64,000 nt of DNA from Heptranchias perlo. Taxonomy: Eukaryota. Below the pieces are notes generated by a model. It was not told the DNA's origin. It made no database searches and saw only the letters and a list, made by a program, of their open reading frames with translations. The position numbers were made by a program, and so were the translations under genes. The stretch covers positions 10,788,001 through 10,852,000 of the forward strand of contig NC_090360.1 in the NCBI RefSeq assembly GCF_035084215.1, written 5' to 3'. Below, piece by piece: positions 13,601 to 25,520 of the stretch. Within the stretch, counting starts at the first letter, position 1; the number at the start of each line of letters is the position of its first letter.

Positions 13601-14147
13601 GTTTAATGTTTTTCACGGCTAACCGAACGTGTAGAGTGAATTCAGGCAGTGGCTGGACACCTGACTGACACTGTTGATATATTTATTGTCTACAGATCTT
13701 TTATCTTTGAGATAAGAGGATGAGAGTAATTAACATCAGATTGCGGTTTAGGATAGACGTTTACTATTTTCCAGTCTGACAATAGAATGCTTTGGAATGT
13801 GAGTTAATTGGAGGTGAAAGAATAACCTAAAGCACACCTTGAAACTCTGGCATCCACCTGAAGGTTTGAATATTAATAGTAGGGTCATATATCTGCCAAA
13901 AAGAATTAGTGGGTTGAAGTTGCTCTGAAGGTGCTCACGAGTCACAGCTGATTCATTTAATTGGATTGGGAACCCATATGAATTCTATCAACCAACAGGA
14001 AACGGTGCATAAAACAAGGCTAAAGACACCTTCCAAGTGGGAGGATTCTTGTCTCTTAAATAAATCTTTGCTTCCTTGTTGAATGATAGGAATTACGTTG
14101 TTAGCTGATGAATGACAAATGTCTCATAAGCCATAAAGAAAGCACCT

Positions 14148-14330
14148 GTAGATGCATTTAAGGGGAAGTTTGATGCATTTAAGGGAAATTAGATAAACGC
14201 ATGAGGAAGAAAGGAATAGAAGGATATGCTGAATGGGTTAAGTGAAGAGGGGTGCGAGGAGGCTCGTGTGGAGCAGAAACACCAGTGGGCTGAATGACTT
14301 GTTTCTGTGATGTACAGTCCACGTGATTTT
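14148..14330 (+). mobile_element. CR1-type 3' tail fragment
   Basis: Reverse complement of the 5490/6356 subfamily, with a small local duplication of gatgcatttaaggg. Confidence 0.75.
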
Positions 14331-17286
14331 AGCACCAAGAGTTACATGTGCTGCCATATACTTAGGTAGAATATAAAAGCGTTGGATAATGGTACTTGTT
14401 GCTTTCTGTTGGCCACTTGAAGAGGCTATTGCAAAATTATGGGAATTAATTGAGTTTACTCACACTTCCTGCTGCTTCTCTGTTTATATCTGAAATCTTC
14501 CTGTTTGACAAAGGTTTGTATAATCTGTATTGCATTTCAGAAGGGATTGATCCTTCCAACAAGACAACGTTTTGAGATCATTCTGTAGCCTCTGAAGAAA
14601 TACAGACAAGAAATACCCCTCCCCAGTCCATTAAGATAATTTTAATGGCAGTAACTCGTTTAAGAATGCTTAATGCACTCGTACTATATTGCTGTGTTCG
14701 CTATTTTTACACAGCAATGTAGTAGAAGCACAATAAGCATTTGAACGTGAACTTTTGACAAACAAAATTTCTACCTAATGTCTGTTATATTAAAGTTATT
14801 AAGAAATTGCAGTGTGTATTACCAGAGCACATAACGTAGTAAAAGAAAAATCACTTGCTACGTGGCTGAGGTCATTCACTCGTGCTAGGGGGTTAGTTAT
14901 TTAGCCCTTTTAATGATTTATTTTTCTAGCCATCCTTCGCTGAGATATGTCCCCTGTTTGTACTGTCCACATAGATGCCAGAACTATGATTTATCTGCTA
15001 TGGCTTATTTATAGTGACTTTAATTTCACAGTACTAAACTTACAAAATGAATGTATTCATGTTCCAACTTGCAGCACAGCCCTTAAAGTACAACTTTTCA
15101 AACACCTGTGCACTTAATTTAAATATGGAACATATCCAACCAAGCTTCTGCTTTCTCATTACAATTAAAGCACAAAAACTCTGTGCCCTACACACCTAGT
15201 ATGATTACATAACACATAATGAAGTCCAGACGACAGCCACAAGTGAGCATAGGTTTCAGTTCAATACTTTTGCATTCAAGTTAAAGTTAGTAAAAAAGTA
15301 TGACACTTGAAGTCTGAAGCACAATCCAAAGCAAGAAAAATATTGAGGTGAAAGACCATAGGAAACCTTTACAACGGTTAAACTTTGGCACCAACATATA
15401 TGGATAAAAATTCTGTCTGTTGGGCACAAGGTTATTGAAGTCATCTGGTGAGTGGCTTCCTGCTTGAGCACCACCACTCACTGCTTCTCACTGCAAACTT
15501 ACCCAGTGCATCTTCTAGTGGGGGTGGGTGTGTGTGTGTGTTAGTGAGATGCCATCGTCTTCTGGCCCACTCACAGTGCTGGAGACTGCTCTTTCAGGCC
15601 TATAATAGCAGGAAAGGAACATATGTTGAATATGTTCCAGTATACTATGTGTGATGTATTTGTGGTTGTGTGTATACCAGGGTGAGTAAGAGAGAAGGGG
15701 GACAAGATATATAACAAGAACATAATGGTACTAGCTTGAGCTTGTAGAGACCTCTACTATCCTGTTGCCCTACCATCTTAATGCAGGGTGGCTTTTTGAA
15801 AAGGAGTCAGAGGCTTATAATGTCGGGGCCTCATCCACTTCAGGCCTGTTCTCTTTTACTGTGTGCCATCTTGTCCTGCAAGCAGAGAAATCATCTCGAG
15901 ATGTTGAAAGTTTAAGGAACAATATCGTGATAGACATGTACCCATCCTGTGTTTCAGTAAATGAACAAGCATCATGCACTGAGAATGTGTTGGAAGGATA
16001 AATCCCCAATAGTATTTCTCTTTCTTTGGCTCGTTATCTGTTTTTCTTAACACCCTTGTGAAATGCTTTGTCGATTTTCTATATAAAAGGCACTATATAA
16101 ATGTAAGTTGTTCTTGCCCATCAGAACAGCAGACTGAATATTAGACATGAAAAATCAAGTAAAAAAAAACGAATATGAAGACCAGTTTAAAAACCATCTA
16201 ACGATATGTGATACCTGCAAACAGAAAAAACCACAAAAACCACTTGATCCGAATGCACTGTTTTACATAGCAAGCAATACACAAAATCCCACATAGATCA
16301 GGGACATTACAAAACTTAACCCATGAGATAAATGACATCAGACAACCCGAAGGCCATGTCTGGCTTAACCACGATTGAAGACGGGTGCTGCTACACTGAT
16401 GATCATGCTCCTGAGTGGCATCTTCAACCCTGAACTCCAAGGGAAATACGTATTCCTGCTGCACATAGATACAGTTTCTTCACAAAACCTTATTCCCTGA
16501 GGGGTGTCCTCCTGTACTGGAGGACTGCTATCTGGTAATAGTGGACAGGTAATAGAACTGCTCAGTATCTGAAGCACACTGTGTAAATTTCCCAGTTGCT
16601 TTTTTAATTAGTCACACACTGTTTAGTCAACCTTATCGATATGTTACATTCTTAAAGGAAGTTTAATATTGCAGTTTTAATAGAAAGTAGTAATCAAAAG
16701 GTTTCCATGCTGAGCTAATAAACTGTGAGCATCCATCACATTTATATGTATGAATAAAGAATGTTATTAACCAGAAAAAGGTCCACTGAAAAATGGCCAT
16801 GAATGGGGAAGATGTATAAAGGTGTTATGCAGACTAGTTTGTGTGTCCATGTGCATATTTTGGAAATAGTCAGCAACGTCACTGAACATTTGAAGATTTT
16901 TGAGCAAGGTTAGGTCAGGCAGATGGAAAAAAGGAAATGGTTAAATGAGGCACAAAGCACCAGATTAGGACCCAAACTGACAGAGAAAACCAGCTTGGGG
17001 ACAGGCCATGAACCAGTAATGGTAAAATGAAGCGATATGGATGAAGTTGATATTGTCAAACCAAACCAGGTTCAAGTGTTAAACCCAAATTAGAGATAAT
17101 GTCTATTATCCAATTTCTAATTTTTCAAACTTGGATTTTTCTGAGTTCAGCCTGTTCAAATGAATTTGGATTTCAGAAGGTCTAAAATTGAGATCTGAAT
17201 CCAGATTTTCCGATCCAGAAAATTCACTCCATTCGGATTGCAGCTGGAACTTCTTCTGAAATATTTACTCCTATGCATTATTGTGA

Positions 17287-17326
17287 CTGGAATTAAACTA
17301 GTTTAATTAAACTAGTTTAATTCCAG
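17287..17326. repeat. Perfect 40-bp palindrome
   Basis: ctggaattaaactagtttaattaaactagtttaattccag equals its own reverse complement. Confidence 0.95.
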
Positions 17327-18635
17327 GCTCTCAAATCTAGACCCTGCCAGAAGACAATTCCAGAAAGAGGCGAATGCTTTCTCTGTGTTTAGCCTCTGCT
17401 TTGACTCACTCCACACGGCCTAGCTGAAATTAGAAACTCTGTTTGGGGAAAATTGTAGAAACAGCCTAGAGTTCTATTGCTGCTCGGAGCAGAATGTAAG
17501 CACAAAAAACAAGCAAAAATAGTGGACAAATTTTCTTTTAGGATGGAGTTTAAAAAATGTCAATGTTGGAAGAACAAATAGTATAAGACATGAAAACAGC
17601 GAGTGTGAGGAAGGCTTTTTGGGTACACTGAATACTTTTTCATTCAGTCTCACTTCCTGTGCCTCACTTTACTGCAGAACACTTATCATAGGATTCTTGC
17701 TGTGCTGTGTTTGCAGAGAAGCTCGGCGCCATAAAAACTTTTTCCACTTTGTAATTGAAAGTGACGGGAGACACTCAACATGGAGAACCCATGCTCCCAA
17801 ATTATTGATGATCAAACTAATATGGATGAAGTAGTATAATGCAGGCAAAGTGACGGGTTGAAAGAGTGCTTTATATTTGCTGTATTGTTTGCCTGGTGAT
17901 GGTTTTCACAACTAACAACCACCTTGGGCCATTTTAGATGGGAAAGGTTAACGTAATATGCTGTTGCACTTTAGTTGTTTTTAATAATGTTTTTACACTT
18001 TCTTGTCCAAGTTTTGTCCCTTGGACTAACAGCAAGGCAATTTACCTCATGAAAATTGCTTTTAAAGACATTTGCAGCCAGGGCATTGTAACCAGGGGAT
18101 TGTGAGAATTTTGGTTGGGGGTTTCTCTGCCCTGTGATCATTGATGCTTAAATGCTGGGGACTTATTTTTGGTTTGCTGAAATATTATTCAAGTTTTTTG
18201 TGTGCTACAAAAATAGTAACAACTTCTTAGAAAAGATAAATTTCTTTAAGTGTATCCTGCTTAGGTAATTGAAGGTTACATGTACAGTTTCTATGTACAT
18301 GTATATAAGGATGTCTCTCTGTGGATTCAGTGCTGACTGATTCCACTGTGAATTGTGATCATTACAATCAATGCCATATTTTCCAGTATTCATATTATTG
18401 TGTTTTACCCACTTGGTGGAAGAAGCAGAAGTATTAAAGGGACACTGCCTTCTAGAAAAATATTTGGGAAACCTCTTACTGATGTAAATCTTGCGTGACT
18501 TATGTGTGAAGCTACTTTGATGAACATAATGCATGGCTGCCTTTTTCTGTTTCCTTACCCCCCCCAAAAAAGCTTGCCAACCATGTTTTAATAAACAGAG
18601 CTTCTTTAAAGGGACATGTCATCATGGTGTGTTGC

Positions 18636-20405
18636 TTTTTTTTTGTATTCGTTCACGGGATGTGGGCGTCGCTGGCAAGGCCGGCATTTATTGCCCATCC
18701 CTAATTGCCCTCGAGAAGGTGGTGGTGAGCCGCCTTCTTGAACCGCTGCAGTCCGTGTGGTGACGGTTCTCCCACAGTGCTGTTAGGAAGGGAGTTCCAG
18801 GATTTTGACCCAGCGACAATGAAGGAACGGCGATATATTTCCAAGTCGGGATGGTGTGTGACTTGGAGGGGAACGTGCAGGTGGTGTTGTTCCCATGCGC
18901 CTGCTGCCCTTGTCCTTCTAGGTGGTAGAGGAGGTTTGGGAGGTGCTGTCGAAGAAGCCTTGGCGAGTTGCTGCAGTGCATCCTGTGGATGGTGCACACT
19001 GCAGCCACAGTGCGCCGGTGGTGAAGGGAGTGAATGTTTAGGGTGGTGGATGGGGTGCCAATCAAGCGGGCTTGGATGGTGTCGAGCTTCTTGAGTGTTG
19101 TTGGAGCTGCACTCATCCAGGCAAGTGGAGAGTATTCCATCACACTCCTGACTTGTGCCTTGTAGATGGTGGAAAGGCTTTGGGGAGTCAGGAGGTGAGT
19201 CATTCGCCGCAGAATACCCAGCCTCTGACCTGCTCTTGTAGCCACAGTATTTATATGGCTGGTCCAGTTAAGTTTCTGGTCAATGGTGACCCCCAGGATG
19301 TTGATGGTGGGGGATTCGGCGATGGTAATGCCGTTGAATGTCAAGGGGAGGTGGTTAGACCCTCTCTTGTTGGAGATGGTCATTGCCTGGCACTTATCTG
19401 GCGCGAATGTTACTTGCCACTTATGAGCCCAAGCCTGGATGTTGTCCAGGTCTTGCTGCATGCAGGCTCGGACTGCTTCATTATCTGAGGGGTTGCGAAT
19501 GGAACTGAACACTGTGCAGTCATCTGCGAACATCCCCATTTCTGACCTTATGATGGAGGGAAGGTCATTGATGAAGCAGCTGAAGATGGTTGGGCCTAGG
19601 ACACTGCCCTGAGGAACTCCTGCAGCAATGCCCTGGGGCTGAGATGATTGGCCTCCAACAACCACTACCATCTTCCTTTGTGCTAGGTATGACTCCAGCC
19701 ACTGGAGAGTTTTCCCCCTGATTCCCATTGACTTCAATTTTACTAGGGCTCCTTGGTGCCACACTCGGTCAAATGCTGCCTTGATGTCAAGGGCAGTCAC
19801 TCTCACCTCACCTCTGGAATTCAGCTCTTTTGTCCATGTTTGGACCAAGGCTGTAATGAGGTCTGGAGCCGAGTGGTCCTGGCGGAACCCAAACTGAGCA
19901 TCGGTGAGCAGGTTATTGGTGAGTAAGTGCCGCTTGATAGCACTGTCGACGACACCTTCCATCACTTTGCTGATGATTGAGAGTAGACTGATGGGGCGGT
20001 AATTGGCCGGATTGTATTTGTCCTGCTTTTTGTGGACAGGACATACCTGGGCAATTTTCCACATTGTCGGGTGGATGCCAGTGTTGTAGCTGTACTGGAA
20101 CAGCTTGGCTAGAGGCGCAGCTAGTTCTGGAGCACAAGCCTTCAGCACTGCAGCCGGGATGTTGTCGGAGTCCATAGCCTTTGCTGTATCCAGTGCACTC
20201 AGCCGTTTCTTGATATCACGTGGAGTGAATCGAATTAGCTGAAGACTGGCTTCTGTGATGGCGGGGATATCGGGAGGAGGCCGAGATGGATCATCCACTC
20301 GGCACTTCTGGCTGAAGATGGTTGCAAACGCTTCAGCCTTGTCTTTTGCACTCACGTGCTGAAGTCCGCCATCTTTGAGGATGGGGATGTTTACAGAGCC
20401 TCCTC
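18636..20405 (-). mobile_element. Young 5'-truncated CR1-group non-LTR LINE, copy 1
   Basis: Poly(A) at 18636, short hairpin 3' UTR, RT ORF. Highly similar to the copies at 36813, 39827 and 56612. Confidence 0.95.
18688..20355 (-). pseudogene. LINE ORF2 fragment with an open reverse transcriptase domain (555 aa)
   Basis: Motifs NYRPISLLS, QFGFR, ALDIKAAFDRVWH, GVPQGSVLGP, FADD, WQVTF...KC. No endonuclease domain (5' truncation). A 4-bp deletion near 18930 relative to sister copies frameshifts the C-terminus; the true tail is in ORF 18701..18997. Confidence 0.95.
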
Positions 20406-20629
20406 TTTTAGGTGATTCAACACCCAGATGGTAGCCACAGTATTTATATGGCTGGTCCAGTTAAGTTTCTGGTCACCCCAGAACTGGAGGAGGCTTGTGA
20501 GTGAGTAATGTCTTTTCCCATTACTCTTTATACATGCTCACTGCAAAAATCAGATTCCATAGGCAGACGTGCACTTCTTATGGATCGAAGCTTGATCTTA
20601 TGCATGAAATGAGACTAGTACACCAGAGT

Positions 20630-21680
20630 TATAAGAAAAGAAGCAGGAGTTGGCCATACAGCCCCTCAAGCCTGCTCTGCCATTCAATAAAATTATGACT
20701 GATCTTCTACCCCAACTCCACTTTCTTGCCCTATCCCCATATCCCTTGATTCCATTAGTGTCCAAATATCCATCAATCTCAGTCTTGAATATACTCAACG
20801 ACTGAGCATCCACAGCCCTCTGGTGTAGAGAATTCCAAAGATTCACAACCCTCTGAGTGAAGAACTTTTTCCTCATCTCTGTTCTAAATGGCCAACCCCT
20901 TTCATTGAGACTATGCCCCCTAGTTCTAGACTCTCCAGCCAGGAGAACCACCCTCTCGGCAGCTACCCTGTCAAGCCCTCCAAGAATTTTATACGTTTCA
21001 ATGCGATCGCCTCTTCTAAACTCCAGAGAATTTACGCCCATTCTACTCAATCTCTCCTCATAGGACAACCCTCTCATCCCAGGAATCAATCTAGTGAACT
21101 TTTGCTGCACCCCCACTAAAGCAAATGTATCCTTCCTTAGGAAAGGAGACCAAAACTGTACACCGTACTCCAGGTGTGGCCTCACCAGAGCCCTATGTAA
21201 TTGCAGCAAAATCTCCTTACCCTTATACTCCAACTGCTTTGCAATAAAGGCGAAGATACCATTTGCCTTCCTAATAGCTTGCTGTGCCTGCATGTTAACT
21301 TTCTGTGATTCTTGTAAAGGACACCTAAATCCCTCTGACTACATCAGAAGCAAAATACTGCGGATGCTGGAAATCTGAAATAAAAACTGAAAATGCTGGA
21401 AATAGCAGAGTTAATAACCCTGTTTCTGACCTGAAACGTTAACTCTTTCTTTCTCCACAGATGCTGCCTAACTTGCTAAGTATTTCCAGCATTTTCTGTG
21501 TTTATTCCCTCTGACTGCCAACATTTCTTAGTCTCTCATTATATTTAAAAAAATATTCTGCTTTTCTATTCTTCCTACCAAAGTGGATAATTTCACATTT
21601 CCCCACTTTATACTCCACCTGCCACCTTCTCGCCCACTCACTTAACCTATCTATATCCCTTTGCAGTCTCTTTGCATTGC
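20630..21680 (-). mobile_element. CR1 ORF2 3' part plus tail, interrupted by an insertion at 21341-21505
   Basis: ORFs 21502..21693 (LQRDIDRLSEWARRWQVEYKVGKC) and 20598..21293 (LVRPHLEYGVQFWSP, YEERL, TRGHSL, FFTQRVVNLWNSL). Confidence 0.95.
21341..21505. mobile_element. Short Penelope-like-derived element with inverted arms and an 11-bp target-site duplication
   Basis: TSD tccctctgact at 21330-21340 and 21506-21516. Inverted arms aataaaaactgaaaatgctggaaata / tatttccagcattttctgtgtttatt. Internal gacctGAAACGTTaact is half of a hammerhead motif. Same family as 32866-32993. Confidence 0.8.
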
Positions 21681-21694
21681 TCTTTGCATACATG

Positions 21695-22190
21695 CTTACA
21701 TTTTGGGCATCCCCATTATAGAAAGGACATTAAAGCCATAGAAAGCAGACAAGTGCAGATTCAACTGGATGATGCCAAGGGTGGGAAACTATAGTAATGA
21801 GGGAAGATTTGATATATTGAGCTGAGGAGGATAAGAGGGAATTTAATAAAGCTTTAAATCATGAAGGATTTTGATAGGGAAAGACTATATCCTCTGGCTG
21901 GGGAGTCAGTAACAAGGGCAATTTAAATTGCCTCTCAGAGAGTGAGGTTAGAAGAAATTTATTTGTGCAATGTTGTTGGAATATGGAATGTTTGATGCAG
22001 TTAATAGTTGAGGCAGAGACCATTGCATCTTTTAAAGGAAATCGGATAAATATTTGAAGCAGAGGAAGACAAAGGGCTGTGGAGAGGGAGTGGGGCGGAG
22101 GGATTCATTTTTGATTGCTCTCGCAAAGAACCAGCACTGACACAATGGGCTGAACGACCTCCTTCTGTGCAGTAAGCTTCTGTAGTTCCA
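21695..22190 (+). mobile_element. Degenerate CR1 3' region
   Basis: 'ttttgggcatccccattatagaaaggacatt...gtgcagattca...ggagtcagtaacaaggg...atgggctgaacgacctccttctgtgc'. Confidence 0.85.
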
Positions 22191-22329
22191 GGCACATGCA
22201 GAGCTCAGCACTGGTGTCTAAATATCAGTCCTGTTTAATCTTAGCAAAGATCCAACCAGATAATTGATCCTCCAACATTAATAAGGTTAGAAATAAGCAT
22301 ATGGATACTATTCAATTTTTTTCAGGGCA

Positions 22330-22580
22330 AACCCAAATCGCATCACAGCCGATGAATTACTTTTGAAAATGTAGTCGCTGTTTTACAAGCAAACCCACCA
22401 ACCAATTTACTCACAGCAAGGTTGCACAAATGGCATTGAGATTGATGACCAGTTAATCTGTTTGGCTGACTAGGACATTGGGAGAACTCCCTGCTCATCT
22501 TTGAAAAGGTGCCATGGGATCTTCTGCATCTACTGAACAGGCAGACAGGGCCTCAGTTTAACATTTCATTTGAAAAAAGC
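22330..22580 (-). mobile_element. DeuSINE (SacSINE1/AmnSINE1-like) Deu-domain fragment
   Basis: 'gggagaactccctgctcatctttgaaaaggtgccatgggatcttc...aggcagacagggcctcagtttaacatttcat' resembles the conserved Deu core. Assigned from recall. Confidence 0.75.
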
Positions 22581-25129
22581 ATGGCTTGTCATCAAAATAC
22601 TGAAATGTGCTCCTTTAATCTAAGCTCAAGTCTTTTAATCATAGTGGAAAATAAGATGGAAAGGTAAATGTGACAGTCTGGTATTGTGCAGTGTTTGCCT
22701 TGAAAAGAACACAAGAATTCTATGTGAAGGAGCCTGTAGTAATGAACATGGTTACCTTTTCTATTGCAGCAGAGACCTGTAAATGGGAATATATCTTTAA
22801 AAGAAAAAAAAATTGCTTCGACACCAATTTATTTCCTATGTGGCCTACAGCCTTTTCTTAATAGGAACAATTGGATAATGTTTTGGTTGCCAGGGAGATG
22901 TTCCCATTCAGAGGCTGTACTGTACAGTGCATTTTTAAACCGTGCAGTTACAGTACTGTAGAATGCTGGTACTGGTGGCTGTCAGCATCATATCCATATC
23001 ATGTATGCATTGTACAGGGACTGTAAATCACAAAGTGACAGAAGGGACTAGATTGGCAGCTCTAAACTGAGTGTTACATGGTTGTGATGTGGCATAAGCG
23101 CTAAAATTAAAAACGAGTAATCAGAAACCTACAATCTCATGTAAATATCAAATTTTGTATAACAATACAAGTCTCCCTCAAATACTTGATGCTGGAGATG
23201 ACGGAAATAACCCGAATTTGGGTTTAGATATAAATGTTGTGGTTGGCCTTCAGATCACTTTGTAAAGCTGAGAGTGTTTGCGTGTGCTTATGCATCTTAT
23301 GTATGTGTCACCAGTAATCGTTTGCTGGTTTACTAACGGCCAAACAGGATATGCCCTGTACAAAAATCACAAGCAGCTTCATGAACACGATGATTAATGG
23401 AAACACTTACAATTCAGGGACAAAAAGGCTTCTTTTGGAGCTGGGTTTCTCATTAATGAACGACCTTTTCTTCTAGTGGTAATCGTGACAGTCGAATTTG
23501 TTTAGCAGTCAGCTTCTGAATTTAACTCCTCTGCATGAATCATTAATTTGGAAGCAGATGTGTTGCAGCTCCTGTTCTCAAACTGTTAAACACAGAGACA
23601 GCATATAACACAAAATAGAAAATGACCCATCATTTTCTCATCAGTACAGGATTACTAATGTAATAGAGAAATGTATAAATTGTATTCTAAAAGGTGTGAG
23701 CTTATCAAGGGCTATGTAGTGATCAGTTTAGTTTCTAAGCTCCTAATATGAAAAATATGTATAACTTTAGTAATTAGAAATGTAGATATCTTCTCAAATT
23801 AACAATTATAATTTAAGAAATAACATATTGATACTATATTGGATAACATATTGCCAGACATAGCATGTTCAAGAAGATAATTTTTTGCAGCTATGTATGC
23901 CTTTTGGAAATAAATTTGATATTTTTAGAATATCCGTGGCTGCTTTTTTAAAAAATCTGAACATTCTTGGTTAAGATTGAAAAACTTCCCTTTGTCCACC
24001 TTCTTTCTCCTTGTATCTCTCACATAGCTGTGGGGTTTAAACACTCTTAAAAATCTAATTTGTCAGCATAGCTTTATCTGGACTTGTTCTTTTTATATTG
24101 TTCAAGAGTTCTTACAATGAAAATTAATTTCAACCTCATACCTTTTTGTAAATTGAGTAGACTCGGTGAGAATGGCAGTATTTGGACATTCATTAAAATT
24201 TGATAAAGGCAATCAAAGTCATTACACGACTTTTCAACACACCTCATCTATAATCTCTTGACCTTGTTCCTGCAGCTCTGAGACAAGTTTGACCCTTTTT
24301 TTTGCAAGTTCCAGTTCTTCGACCTGCTATTATACAGTTTCATTTGTTATTTTAACGAAACAATTTTATCCACTTATTTTCATGATCTTTATTGCGATAG
24401 GATTCCCTGTGTGACCAGATCTGGATCAAACTCTTCTAATTAGTTCTATTCTGTATCAGGAGAAATAGCATTTGAAGTGTAGCCCTCTTTCTGCTCGAGA
24501 ACATTTAGAAGGATAAACTGATGTACTCCTGCTAATGTGACCATAGGGCAGTGACAATATCCCTTTGAAAGCATTCTTCAAAATGACCTGATGTATTGTA
24601 CGTTTTGACAGGATATTGGTTCCACAACACTATCAGTATAAATGGTTCTTTACTCTAATGGTATTCTCCCTATGTCCAGGAATCATCTTCAGAATGGGTG
24701 TAAATTTACAAGTTAATTTTTAGTTCAGCAGGAGAAAGGCAGAGCCTTCACATGACTTTTTGTGCTCCCTTGTTTGAGGCGCATCACCAGTGAGCCGGGA
24801 CTCCTATCCAACCCCACTGTAATTTTGGTCCTGGGGTCTTTTACATCTCTTTACCACGTACCCGCCAATATATGAATTTGTGCAGTTTTTCTCTGATGGG
24901 ACTGACCTGTGGAAAATGGCAGGGAGGTCGGGATGCAGCAAAGCGCATCCCCGAGCTGTTTTCCATCTATGCCTGCCCGGATCTGTCAAAAAATTAGAGA
25001 AGGAAGGGGATGGAGGTGGGGAGTGGTTGTTAGGAAATGAATACACTACAAGAAAGAGTTGTAGAAGCAGAATCCATAATAGATCTTAAAAGGGAATGGA
25101 TAAATTGTTGAAACTTTTGAAGGCAAGGA

Positions 25130-25520
25130 GAGATGGAGCAAGGCAGAGGGTTTTTCAAGAGAATTCCAGAGTACTCGGATATGATAGCTGAGGGCTGTAC
25201 CTCTGATGGCGGAGTAGACAGAATGGGGATGCAGAGTACTTAGAAATTGGAAGACTGGAGGATGCAAGCTGAGACAGAGAGCTGGAGGAGTTTTCAGAGG
25301 TAGGCTGAGATGAACCATCGAGCGATTGGTAAATGAAGACCAAGAATTTGAAATCCAGGCAGGCAGGGGAATGAGGAGCCAGTGGAGGATAGCGAGGACA
25401 GGTGAACAGGACACTTGGCTAGCATAGGATGCATGCGGTGGAGTTTTGGATGAGTCAGAGTTTGGAGGCTAGTGAGTAGAAGCACAAGGTTCTGAAGACA
25501 TGGATGAAGACTTCAGCAGT
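25130..25520 (-). mobile_element. L2 LINE 3' fragment
   Basis: ORF 25046..25414: SPVLAILHWL...GTALSYH...LWNSL, matching the L2 C-terminal PVL..LHWLP / AFS...LWNSLP motifs. Confidence 0.75.

Noticed and set aside
16150-16245. Minus-strand splice acceptor (ttttttctgtttgcag|GTATC)
   Set aside because: No convincing matching donor or coding frame, so the isolated signal is insufficient.
18738-19488. Plus-strand ORFs recurring in several places (MNRCSPCG..., MDGVELLECCW...)
   Set aside because: They are antisense frames of the LINE copies, repeated only because the element is repeated.
18688-20355. Novel RT system (retron, DGR, group II intron) or domesticated RT gene
   Set aside because: It has standard non-LTR RT motifs, a poly(A) tail, 5' truncation, a C-terminal frameshift and three decayed sister copies. 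This is an ordinary LINE.
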